A stretch of DNA of 55,872 nt from Pseudomonadota bacterium (GTDB lineage: Bacteria > Desulfobacterota > Syntrophia > Syntrophales > UBA5619): the NCBI GenBank assembly GCA_018827585.1, contig JAHJXP010000008.1, positions 1 through 55,872 of the forward strand, written 5' to 3'. A program made the translations under genes and the position numbers. Under the pieces are notes generated by a model. That model worked only from the letters and a program-made list of their open reading frames with translations, was not told the DNA's origin and searched no databases. Each line of letters starts with the position of its first letter. The stretch's first letter is position 1. Shown here one piece after another: positions 20,067 to 29,500 of this stretch.

Positions 20067-20098
20067 GGGAGGCGGCCGGCCTCCCTTTTTTTTGCCAA
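20067..20098 (+). terminator. Rho-independent terminator after rpsI
   Basis: GGGAGGC-GGCCG-GCCTCCC followed by T8. Confidence 0.8.
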
Positions 20099-20136
20099 GC
20101 ATGACGCTCTCGCAACAAGCCGATTTTATCCTGTGT

Positions 20137-20208
20137 TGTCATTCCGTACTTGATACGGGATCCAGTGGATTCAAGTAGTTCCGGACTTCGGTTTTCACCG
20201 GAGTGACA
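20137..20208. repeat. 72-nt element bounded by a 10-bp inverted repeat, with nested hairpins
   Basis: TGTCATTCCG (20137-20146) pairs with CGGAGTGACA (20199-20208). An internal stem ATTCCGTA-CTTGA-TACGGGAT sits at 20141-20161. Confidence 0.6.
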
Positions 20209-20299
20209 GGTTTGGGGAGGGGGCTTTTTACATAGTCTTCAGGCATGGGTTTACGGCTTTTTTTGTGGTTGTTCTTTTTGAGAGGTCAGGGGGAACGCG

Positions 20300-21337
20300 A
20301 TGATACGGGTGGGTGTTTACGGGGGGAGCGGATATACCGGGCAGGAACTGCTGCGATTGCTGGTCGGCCACCCGGAGGTGACGGTCGTGGCGGCCACCTC
20401 CCGGAGGTTTGCGGGGGTCCCGGTTGCGGAAGTCTATCCCGTCTTTTCGGGGCTCACGGATCTCGTTTATACAGACGCCTCGCCCGAGGAGGTCGCCGGG
20501 AAGGCCGATTTTATCTTTCTGGCCCTTCCCCATGGGGTCTCCATGGAATTTGCGCCCGTTTTTATCCGGGCCGGGCGAAAGGTCGTCGATCTCAGCGCGG
20601 ATTTCCGCCTCCGGGATGCGGCCCTGTATGAGGCATGGTACGGCCGGCACACTTCCCCCGAAACGCTCGGGGAGGCGGTCTACGGCCTGCCGGAGCTTTA
20701 CCGGGATCAGATCCGCAAGACCTGCCTGGTCGCCAATCCGGGCTGTTATCCGACCAGCATCATCCTGGGCCTGGCGCCCCTCCTGAACTCGCGGTGGATT
20801 GACCCCTCGTCCGTCATCGCCGACTCGAAGTCGGGCGTCAGCGGGGCGGGCCGGGAACCTCAGATCGCCTCCCTCTACTGCGAGGTGGCGGGCGGGTTCA
20901 AGGCCTACAAGGTCGGCGGGCACCGGCATACCCCGGAGATCGAACAGGAGCTCAGTCTGCTTGCAGAAAAGGAGGTCCGGATTTCCTTTACGCCGCACCT
21001 CCTGCCGGTGAAGCGGGGTATCCTGAGCACGATCTATGCGACGCTCGCGCGGGAGGCGACCGCCCAGGAGGCGACGGACCTGTATCGGGAGTTTTACCGG
21101 GAAGAGCCTTTTGTGCGGGTCTGCCGGAGCGGTCAGTTCCCCAACCTCTCCTCCGTCGTCGGGTCGAACTACTGCGATATCGGCGTGACCGTCGATAAGA
21201 GGACCGGGCGGATCGTCGTCGTCGCAGCGATCGACAACCTGATCAAGGGGGCTTCCGGTCAGGCGATACAGAACATGAATATCATGTCCGGTTTCCGGGA
21301 AGAGACGGGTCTGCCCCGTATCGCCCTTTTCCCCTGA
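20300..21337 (+). CDS. argC: N-acetyl-gamma-glutamyl-phosphate reductase
   Basis: [27 protein letters not shown]...ANPGCYPTS... Confidence 0.92.
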   Translation: MIRVGVYGGSGYTGQELLRLLVGHPEVTVVAATSRRFAGVPVAEVYPVFSGLTDLVYTDASPEEVAGKADFIFLALPHGVSMEFAPVFIRAGRKVVDLSADFRLRDAALYEAWYGRHTSPETLGEAVYGLPELYRDQIRKTCLVANPGCYPTSIILGLAPLLNSRWIDPSSVIADSKSGVSGAGREPQIASLYCEVAGGFKAYKVGGHRHTPEIEQELSLLAEKEVRISFTPHLLPVKRGILSTIYATLAREATAQEATDLYREFYREEPFVRVCRSGQFPNLSSVVGSNYCDIGVTVDKRTGRIVVVAAIDNLIKGASGQAIQNMNIMSGFREETGLPRIALFP

Positions 21338-21353
21338 AGGCCCGGGAGGAGCG

Positions 21354-22811
21354 ATGCCGCTGAGAATATTCAACACCCAGACCAGGAAAAAAGAGGAATT
21401 CCATCCCCTCAAGGAGGGGATGGCCGGCGTATACGTTTGCGGGATAACCGCGTACGACGTCTGCCATGTGGGGCACGCCCGTTCGGCGGTCGTCTTTGAT
21501 GTCATCACCCGGTACCTCCGCTACCGCGGTTGCGAGGTGACCTACGTAAAGAACTTCACCGATGTCGACGACAAGATCATCGAGAGGGCGCGCCGCGAGA
21601 AGGCCGGGATTGACGCGATCGCCGAGAGGTACATCCGCGAGCACGACGAGGATATGGAGGCCCTCGGCGTCGCCAGACCCACAGTCGCGCCCCGGGCGAC
21701 GGAGCATATCGACGGGATGATCCGCCTGATTGAGGTGCTCATCGCCAAAGGGCTGGCCTATGCGGCGGACGGAGATGTCTTCTACACGGTGGAGAAATTC
21801 CCGGAGTACGGGAAACTCTCCGGCCGGGGGCTCGAGGACATGCTGGCCGGCGCCCGCGTCGATGTCAACGAGAAAAAACGCAACCCCCTCGACTTCGCCC
21901 TCTGGAAGGCGAGCCGGGAAGGGGAACCGTGGTGGGAAAGCCCCTGGGGCAGGGGCAGGCCGGGATGGCACCTGGAGTGCTCCGTCATGAGCCAGCGGTA
22001 TCTGGGGGAGACCTTCGACATCCACGGCGGGGGCGAGGACCTGATCTTCCCCCACCACGAGAATGAAATCGCCCAGTCGGAAGGCGCCACCGGCAAGCCC
22101 CTCGCCCGCTACTGGGTCCACAACGGATTTGTGCGGGTGAACAGCGAAAAGATGTCGAAATCACTCGGCAACTTTTTTACCATCCGCGACATCCTCAGTC
22201 AGTTTCATCCCGAGGTCCTGCGGCTCTTCATGCTGCAGAGCCATTACCGGAGCCCAGTCGATTTTTCCGATGCCGCCCTAAGCGAGGCGAGGCAGGGGAT
22301 GTCCCGGTTCTATTCGACGCTCAAGACGCTCAAGGACCTCCCCGGCCCGGAGACGGATGCCTCCGCCGGTCTCGCGGAGGATCGCGAGCCGGCCGGGCAG
22401 ATCCAGGCGCTCCGGGAGCGCTTCCTCGAGGCGATGGACGACGATTTCAACACGGCCCGGGCGATCGGCCATCTCTTTGAGACCGTGCGTCTGATCAACG
22501 CCTCGCTGGCAGGGAAAAAGAGGGCCGTTTCTCGGGCCGTCCTCTCTCAGGCGGAGGAAACGATCCGGGAAATAGGCGCCGTGCTGGGTCTTTTCCGGGA
22601 GGAAGCCGACGCCTACCTGCGTCTGGACCGGGAGCGGGAGGCGGCGAAGCGGGGCCTGTCCGTCGAACGGATCGAGCGCCTTATTGCGGAGCGGCGCGCG
22701 GCGCGGGACGCGAAGGCCTGGCAGAGGGCCGACGAGATCCGGAAGGACCTGGCCTCTCAGGGGGTGATCCTCAGCGACACCCATACCGCCACGACCTGGG
22801 CCATCGCGTAG
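21354..22811 (+). CDS. cysS: Cysteine--tRNA ligase
   Basis: HIGH-type CHVGHARS and KMSKSLGN motifs. 485 aa. Confidence 0.93.
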   Translation: MPLRIFNTQTRKKEEFHPLKEGMAGVYVCGITAYDVCHVGHARSAVVFDVITRYLRYRGCEVTYVKNFTDVDDKIIERARREKAGIDAIAERYIREHDEDMEALGVARPTVAPRATEHIDGMIRLIEVLIAKGLAYAADGDVFYTVEKFPEYGKLSGRGLEDMLAGARVDVNEKKRNPLDFALWKASREGEPWWESPWGRGRPGWHLECSVMSQRYLGETFDIHGGGEDLIFPHHENEIAQSEGATGKPLARYWVHNGFVRVNSEKMSKSLGNFFTIRDILSQFHPEVLRLFMLQSHYRSPVDFSDAALSEARQGMSRFYSTLKTLKDLPGPETDASAGLAEDREPAGQIQALRERFLEAMDDDFNTARAIGHLFETVRLINASLAGKKRAVSRAVLSQAEETIREIGAVLGLFREEADAYLRLDREREAAKRGLSVERIERLIAERRAARDAKAWQRADEIRKDLASQGVILSDTHTATTWAIA

Positions 22812-22817
22812 CGTGGT

Positions 22818-23456
22818 TTGGGGAGGGGAAATACGAAGAAGGCCCTTATGAATGCAGAGCGGATCATGATCCCTTCCGAAGAGGAGTGCCGGCAACTTGT
22901 CGTTGGGATGGGGATGATGGAACACATTGTCGCCCATTCGCTGCAGGTCTGCCGGGTTTCCCTCCTTCTGGCCGACCACCTGGAACATTCCAGCCTGAAT
23001 CGGGAGTTGATCCGGGCGGCGGCGCTGCTCCATGACATCACTAAGACGAGGAGTTTACGGACCCGGGAAGACCACGCCGAAACGGGGGCGCGCCTGGTTA
23101 TGGAGCTGGGTTATCCTGAGGTGGGCCGTATCGTCGGCCAGCATGTCCATCTGGAGAGCTGCTTCGCCTCCGCGACCCCCACGGAAGCCGAGATCGTCAA
23201 CTATGCCGACAAGCGGGTCCTCCACGAGAGGATCGTGCCGCTCAGCGAGCGCATGGGATACATCCTGGAGAAGTACGGCCGCACGCCGGAGCGAAAGCGG
23301 GAGCTTCTCCTTCTCTGGGAGAAAACGGAAGAGCTCGAGAAGCGGCTTTTCGACCGCCTCCCCTTTGCCCCCGGCGACATCGGCCGCCTGCTTGAAAAAA
23401 ACCGCGGTCAGCGCCCTAATTCTTCCTTGAGCAGCCCTGCCATAAGCCTTTCATAA
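22818..23456 (+). CDS. HD/HDIG-domain metal-dependent phosphohydrolase
   Basis: ...HSLQVCRVSLLLADHL...AALLHDITK...ADKRV... The start may be the downstream ATG (MNAERIM). Confidence 0.7.
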   Translation: MGRGNTKKALMNAERIMIPSEEECRQLVVGMGMMEHIVAHSLQVCRVSLLLADHLEHSSLNRELIRAAALLHDITKTRSLRTREDHAETGARLVMELGYPEVGRIVGQHVHLESCFASATPTEAEIVNYADKRVLHERIVPLSERMGYILEKYGRTPERKRELLLLWEKTEELEKRLFDRLPFAPGDIGRLLEKNRGQRPNSSLSSPAISLS

Positions 23457-23637
23457 AAGACCGGCGCGAATCTGTTTAGCCAATAGGTCAGTTTTCCTGC
23501 CGGGGATATAACGAGCAGGCGCCTTCGCGCGCGAATCTCCTGGAAAGGGAGGCCCCGATTCCACTGGCGGCGCCGGTGACCGCGACGACCTTGCCCGATA
23601 AGCCCGCCCTCTTCTGCACGGCCGCCTGATCGTTCAT
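23408..23637 (-). pseudogene. Short-chain dehydrogenase/reductase remnant (N-terminal Rossmann segment joined out of frame to a C-terminal tail)
   Basis: From ATG 23635-23637 (ATGA overlap with the BASS stop) it reads MNDQAAVQKRAGLSGKVVAVTGAASGIGASLSRRFAREGA, then stops after 9 more codons. The next frame continues LLVISPAGKLTYWLNRFAPVFYERLMAGLLKEELGR*, which looks like an SDR C-terminal tail. The roughly 200-aa catalytic middle is missing. Confidence 0.5.
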
Positions 23638-24575
23638 GGCGCCGCGCCTTCGACCGCGGGCCGTGGTTCCGCGGGAAGCGGCCGGCGGGAAAAGAGATAG
23701 GCGGCGGTCAAGCCGGAAATGATGTGCCATATCCCCCACCAGGCGACCAGAATGGCCATGCCGCCGAGGCCGCCGAAGAAATTGAAAACCAAAACCAGCC
23801 CCAGCCCGGAATTCTGGATGCCGACCTCGATGGAGACCGCCCGGACATCCGCCTCCGCCAGGCGGAAAAGACGCCCGGACCAGTAGCCGATGTTCAAGGC
23901 CATGCCGTTATGGATCAGGACGGCGAAAAGGACCAGGCCCACATAGTTGAGGAAATGCTGCCAGTTGACCGCCAGGGCCGCGGCGACGATGCCGATGAAA
24001 AAGATCAGCGAGAATATCTTGAACGGGCGGCGGATCCTGTCGGCCAGTGCGGGGAAGGAGCGGGAGATCAGCAGTCCGACAATGAGCGGTATGCCCAGGA
24101 TCACAAAAACTGTGACGAAAACATCCAGCGGACTGAGGCTGACCTCTCTGAGGATGCTTGCCGTGTCCGGATTCAGACTGCCCCACAGCGACAGGTTCAA
24201 AGGCGTCATGACGATGGCGGCGACGGTGGAAACCGCCGTCATGCTCACCGAAATGGCGCAATTGCCGCGGGCCAGATAGGTGATGATGTTGGAGAGGTTC
24301 CCCCCCGGACAGGCCGCCACCAGAATCATGCCCAGCGAGATGGACGGGGGCAGTTGCATGATCAGGGTCAGCGCAAACGTGAAGGCCGGCAGGAGGACGA
24401 ACTGCGCCATAAGACCGATAAGCGGGGCCTTGGGGGCAACCAGGATGCGCCTGAAGTCGGCGAACTTCATCTCCAGCGCAACCCCCAGCATCATCAAGCC
24501 GATGGCCGCATTGATGACCAGCAAGCCCTGGGGACTGAAATTGAGCCGAACCTGATCGATCGCCGCGATGTCCAT
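23634..24575 (-). CDS. Bile acid:sodium symporter (BASS) family transporter
   Basis: 313-aa polytopic protein. ...LVAACPGGNLSNIITYLARGNCAISVSMTAVST... is the family signature region. Confidence 0.8.
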   Translation of the reverse strand: MDIAAIDQVRLNFSPQGLLVINAAIGLMMLGVALEMKFADFRRILVAPKAPLIGLMAQFVLLPAFTFALTLIMQLPPSISLGMILVAACPGGNLSNIITYLARGNCAISVSMTAVSTVAAIVMTPLNLSLWGSLNPDTASILREVSLSPLDVFVTVFVILGIPLIVGLLISRSFPALADRIRRPFKIFSLIFFIGIVAAALAVNWQHFLNYVGLVLFAVLIHNGMALNIGYWSGRLFRLAEADVRAVSIEVGIQNSGLGLVLVFNFFGGLGGMAILVAWWGIWHIISGLTAAYLFSRRPLPAEPRPAVEGAAP

Positions 24576-24673
24576 GCCGGGGTCCCCCCTTTTCTATGGA
24601 GAATGACGGTTTCCGGTGATTTCCAGGGTCCCTGCATCCGTCCGGGAGCGCCGGGCGGGACAAGGCCCCGCTT

Positions 24674-25075
24674 TTATGAATCCCACCCTTTCATTTTCAC
24701 CGCCGCGTTCTCAACCGCGCTGAGGATCTCGTCCGGGGTAAACGGTTTGGGGATGAAGTCCGTCGCGCCGAGTTTCATGGCCTCGACGGCGGTATGGACG
24801 GTGGAGAAACCGGTGATGACGATGATCGCGGTTTCGGGGTGTTTGTTTTTGATTTTGACAATAAGTTCGATCCCCGGCAATCCCGGCATCTTGAGATCGG
24901 TGAGCACGATGTCGAAGGACTCAGTTTCAAGAAGGCGCAACGCCTCGTCGGCGGAAGAAACGGTTCTTACGTCGTATTTGATATCATACTTTGAACGCTT
25001 TTCCGTGAAAATGTCAACGCAGCTCCTCTGGACGACGATTTCATCATCGACTATCAGCAACTTTATCCGGTTCAT
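24674..25075 (-). CDS. Stand-alone response-regulator receiver protein (CheY-like)
   Basis: 133 aa. LLIVDDE...DIVLTDLKMPGLPG...ATDFIPKPF. The start abuts the kinase stop. Confidence 0.9.
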   Translation of the reverse strand: MNRIKLLIVDDEIVVQRSCVDIFTEKRSKYDIKYDVRTVSSADEALRLLETESFDIVLTDLKMPGLPGIELIVKIKNKHPETAIIVITGFSTVHTAVEAMKLGATDFIPKPFTPDEILSAVENAAVKMKGWDS

Positions 25076-26782
25076 TTAGGTTTCTCCATGGGCGGGCAGC
25101 GAGATCGTGAAGGTCGAACCCTCGCCAAGTTTGCTCTGCACTTTGATATTTCCGTTATGACGTTTTATTATGCCGTGACAGATCGAAAGACCGAGCCCCG
25201 TGCCGACGCTCGGGTCTTTGGTCGTGAAGAAGGGATCAAAAAGGCGCTCGATGTTTTCCTGGGGTATCCCGTAGCCGGTGTCGGAAAACGAGACCTCGAC
25301 GAAGTGGCGGTCCTCGGCCACGGTGGATTTCACCACGTTTCTGCGGGATTCAATGGTCAGCACGCCCCTGCTGTTCATCGCGTCCGCGGCGTTGATCATG
25401 AGGTTCATGAACACCTGGTATATCTGGCCCCGGTCGATTTTGACCCTGGGCAGCGACGGGTCGAGACTTTTCACTATCGATATGTTGTGGAACGATTCCT
25501 GATTCCCCAGCAGACCGACCGCGCGTTCCACAACCTCGTTGATATGGGTCGGCACCTTCTCGGGGGCGGTCTGCCGCGAGAACTCGAGCAGCGCGGTGAT
25601 GATGTTGCGGCAGCGTTTCGTTTCCTCTACGATGGTTTCGAGCCAGGCCTTTTCCTTGGGGCTGTCGATCCTGTCGAGAAGAAGGGAGCTGTAGCTGAGC
25701 ACCGCGGTGAGCGGGTTGTTGATCTCGTGCGCGATCCCGGCGGAAAGTTTGCCGAGAGAGGCCAGTTTCACCGAACGCACGATTTTCAGGTGCGTCTCAT
25801 CGCTGATCCGGTCGTAAATTTCCGGAAAGGACGATCCCGATCCGTTCTGCTTTTTTTGGCCGGCCTGCCTTTTGCCGCCGTTTTCCACGGGTTCATCCTC
25901 TCTCCCGATCAATTCGGCGTCGTACATCAGAAGGTTCCCGTACTCGATCTCCCCGCGGAATTTTTCGATCATTTTATTAAAGGAACTGGACAGTTTGCCT
26001 AATTCATCGCCGGTAAAGACCGGGATTTTGACATCGAATTCCCCCCGGGAGACGGCCTTGAGGCCTTCGATCAGCGCATTGATCGGCCGCATCAGGATAA
26101 ACAGGATGATCGCCGCGAGCGCCGTTATTATCAGATAAAACACCATCATGTGCCGCCTGTTGGACGCGATCTTCTTATTGACGCTGTCGAGCGAGAGCGT
26201 TATGTCGAACACGCCGAGGACCTTCTGCGCGATCGGGTGCACCGTATGGCACCTAACAGAACAGCCCTCCTCATTGTAGATCGCATGGATCATGCTGATT
26301 ACCTTGCGGCTCCCGTCTTTGGCCGCGGTGATCCGGGTGCGGAGGTCCCTGGCGAGCGCTTCGCGCGGCTTATCCCCCGCGTGGCAGAGGGCGCATTGCC
26401 CCGCGGTCTTGGCGATGACGCGTCCTCTCTCGTCCGGCGCCGTGCTCTCCCGGACGACCCCTTTTTTATCGATCAGTTTTATCGCTTCTATCCCCTCTGT
26501 TTTCGCCGCGATATATGCGATGATTTCCTGTATTTTTTCCTTTCTGTTCTCCAGCATGGAGGTTCGCGTTGCGTATTCGATGGCCTGCGCGATATTGTCC
26601 GCCCCGGTGAGCACCTCGTCGATGAGCTGCTGCTCCTGAACCCGGACGGCGTAGTAGGCCGTGACGGCAGCGAACAGGATCAGCACGCCGCTGATGAAAG
26701 CGAACAGCTTGAAGCCGAGGCTCCGGTAGTAAGGTTTCAGCAGCCCCAGGCGACGCTTGAAGGATTCAAGTCTTTTCGACAC
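25076..26782 (-). CDS. Sensor histidine kinase with periplasmic CxxCH/CxxxCH domain, HAMP, HisKA and HATPase
   Basis: Two TM segments flank a roughly 160-aa domain containing CALCH (26381-26395) and CSVRCH (26246-26263). H-box is AHEINNPLTAV. N and G boxes are ...NLMINAADAM... and ...DTGYGIP...GTGLGL... Confidence 0.88.
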   Translation of the reverse strand: MSKRLESFKRRLGLLKPYYRSLGFKLFAFISGVLILFAAVTAYYAVRVQEQQLIDEVLTGADNIAQAIEYATRTSMLENRKEKIQEIIAYIAAKTEGIEAIKLIDKKGVVRESTAPDERGRVIAKTAGQCALCHAGDKPREALARDLRTRITAAKDGSRKVISMIHAIYNEEGCSVRCHTVHPIAQKVLGVFDITLSLDSVNKKIASNRRHMMVFYLIITALAAIILFILMRPINALIEGLKAVSRGEFDVKIPVFTGDELGKLSSSFNKMIEKFRGEIEYGNLLMYDAELIGREDEPVENGGKRQAGQKKQNGSGSSFPEIYDRISDETHLKIVRSVKLASLGKLSAGIAHEINNPLTAVLSYSSLLLDRIDSPKEKAWLETIVEETKRCRNIITALLEFSRQTAPEKVPTHINEVVERAVGLLGNQESFHNISIVKSLDPSLPRVKIDRGQIYQVFMNLMINAADAMNSRGVLTIESRRNVVKSTVAEDRHFVEVSFSDTGYGIPQENIERLFDPFFTTKDPSVGTGLGLSICHGIIKRHNGNIKVQSKLGEGSTFTISLPAHGET

Positions 26783-29498
26783 GTACGGCGCACACCTTTA
26801 ATTCGGGTATTTTTGCGATCGGGTCAAGGGCGTCGTTGGTGAGCCGGTTGACCGGAGATTCGCTGAAGTGGAATGAGGTGAAGACGACGCCCGGAGGAAC
26901 GCGCTCCGTGATCCCGGCGCGGGTCGTGATGCTGCCGCGGCGCGAGAAAACCGCGACCCGGTCGCCGTCGGCAATGCCGATCCCGGTCGCGTCGGCGGGA
27001 TTCATTTCGAGGATCGCCTCCGGCGCGAGCGTGTTGAGACTCCGGCAGCGGCGCGTCATCGACCCGGTATGATAGTGATACTGCACCCTGCCGGTGGTGA
27101 GCACCAGCGGATATTCGGCGTCGGGCTGTTCCGCGGGGGGGAGGTGTTTGACCGGCGTCAGCAGGCCCTTGCCGCGCTTGAATCCCCCGGCGTGCAGAAA
27201 CGGCGTCCCCGGATGGTCGATATTCGGGCACGGCCATTGCAGTCCGCCTTCGCGTTCGATGCGGGCGTAACTGATCCCTGCATAAGATGGAACCACCCGC
27301 CTGATTTCGTTGAATATCTGCTCGGGAGACGAGTAGTCGAACCGAACGCCCATGAGCTGAGCGAGGCGCTGAATGATCCGCCAGTCCGGGAAGCTGTTCC
27401 CGACCGGCTCGATGGCGGCGCGCACGAGCTGCACGCGGCGCTCGGTGTTGGTGAAGGTGCCGTCTTTCTCCGCCCAGGAGGCGCCCGGCAGCACGACATG
27501 CGCCAGCCGCGCGGTCTCCGTCAAAAAGATGTCCTCTACGACGAGGAAGTCGAGTTTGCGCAGGGCCTCTTCCGCGTGGCCGGCGTTCGCATCGGAGATG
27601 ACGGGGTTTTCGCCCAGGATATACAGGCCCCGCACCTTGCCTTCATGGGCGGCCGGCATGATTTCGGTTGCGGTCAGCCCGGGTGTGTCCGGGAGCTTGT
27701 CGGCGCCCCAGGCGGCGGCGAACGTTTTCCTCGCCTCCGGATCCGCAACCGGCGCATAGCCGGGCAGCACGTTCGGCAGGGCGCCCATGTCGCAGGCGCC
27801 CTGGACGTTGTTCTGACCGCGCAGCGGATTGACGCCGGTCCCCCACCGGCCTACGTTGCCGGTGACCATCGCGAGGTTCGCAATGGCTTTGACATTGTCC
27901 GTTCCGGTGATGTGCTGGGTGATCCCCATGGCGTACAGGAAGGAGGCGCGGTCCGCGCGGCCGATCAGTTCGGCTGCTGCCCTGATTTCGGCGGCCGGGA
28001 TTCCGGTGATCTCCTCGACCCGTTCCGGCGGATAATTCTCAAGCTCGGCGGCAAGTTCCGCAAAGCCTTCGCACCTTTCCTCAATGAAATTTTTGTCGTG
28101 CAGGTTCTTCTTGACGATCCAGTGCAGCAAGCCGTTGAGCCACGCGATGTCGGTGCCCGGCCGCTGGCGCAGCCAGTAATTGGCCTGGTCGACGAGATCG
28201 ATTCGCCGCGGGTCGACGACGATCAGCTTGGCGGTGCCCCGCTCGACCGCCCGCTTGATGGAATGGGCTATGATCGGATGATTCTCGGTGGTGTTGGTCC
28301 CGGTTATGAGAATGACGTCGGCGTCCTCGATCTCGGCGATCGAGTTGGTCATCGCCCCGTTTCCGAACACGGTGGCCAGACCGGCCACGGTGGAGGAGTG
28401 TCAAAGCCGGGCGCAGTGGTCGACATTGTTCGTGCCGAAGACCTGCCTCGCCAGCCTCTGAAAAAGATAGTTTTCCTCATTCGTGCATCTGGCGCTGGAC
28501 AGAGCGGCAAGCGCTTGCGGGCCGTGGTTGTCGCGGATGCGGCGGAACTCGCGGGCCACCAGCGTCAGGGCGGTTGTCCAGGTCGTCTCCTCGAGTTCGC
28601 CGGCCGCGTTGCGGACCAGCGGCCGCGACAGCCTGTCGGGGCTGTGAATGAAGGTGTAGCCGAACCTGCCCTTGGAGCAGAGCCGGCCGCGATTCACTCC
28701 GACGTCGTCCCGCGTGGTCACGCCGACAACGCGGCCGCCCACGACATTGAGATCGAGCTGGCACCCCACGCCGCAGTAGGTGCAGGTGGTCTGCGTCTTT
28801 GTGGTTTCCCACGGCTTGCCCTTCGCGCTGCCCATCCGCTCCTCGATGGCGTTCACCGGGCAGATCCTCATGCACTCGCCGCAGGAAATGCAGCGCGATT
28901 GCGATTCGCGGTCGGCCATGACCGGTTCGACGACGGTGTGGGCGCCGGCGCCGTTCATGGTTATCGCGCCCAGTCCGCGAATCTCCGCACACACCTTCAC
29001 GCACCTGCCGCAGAGGATGCAGCGGCGCGGATGGTAGTCCAGTATCGGCGTGGAAAACGCCTTCCACGGGAATTCGACCGTCTTGAGGAGGTACTCGCTG
29101 AAATCGAACGTCGTGAGGTCGTACTCGTACGCCATGTCCTGAAGCCGGCAATCGCCGTTGAGAGGGCAGGGCGTGCAATTCAGCGGGTGATGGGCGAGGA
29201 TCATCTTGATCACTTCGCGCCGGAGATTGAACAGTCCCTCGGAGCGCGTTGTGATCGCCATGCCCGCGAGCGCCTGAGTGTTGCAGGCGGTGGCCGGTCT
29301 GTCGACGCCCGCGACGGAAACGAGGCAGACGCGGCACGAGCCGATAGGCGCGAGAGACGGGTGGTGGCAGAGGGTGGGTATCCGCGCCCCCGCTTTTTGC
29401 GCCGCGTCCAGTATTGTCGAGCCTTCCGGCACGCCGACGGGCGTCCCGTCTATTGTCACCGCAATGATTTTCTTCTCCGCCGCGGTCGTTGTCGTCAT
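26766..29498 (-). CDS. fdhA: Formate dehydrogenase alpha subunit, selenocysteine-containing (in-frame TGA at 28401-28403)
   Basis: Track ORFs 28401..29546 and 26766..28388 are one gene, reading ...[30 protein letters not shown]..., the canonical FDH active-site context. The N-terminus has 2Fe-2S and 4Fe-4S Cys clusters. The start was set at MTTTTAAEKK (ATG 29496-29498), 2 nt after the fdhB-like stop. Confidence 0.88.
28372..28403 (-). promoter_or_regulatory. UGA(Sec) codon plus putative bacterial SECIS hairpin
   Basis: The mRNA reads UGA CAC UCC UCC ACC GUGGCC-GGUCU-GGCCAC. That is a 6-bp stem with a GGUCU loop starting about 12 nt after the UGA, and the apical loop resembles my memory of E. 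coli fdhF. Confidence 0.7.
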
Positions 29499-29500
29499 CT

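Noticed and set aside
28389-28403. The break between ORFs 28401..29546 and 26766..28388 read as a nonsense mutation or pseudogene.
   Set aside because: The stop is TGA exactly at the conserved Sec/Cys position of formate dehydrogenases. Homology continues in frame, and a SECIS-like hairpin follows.
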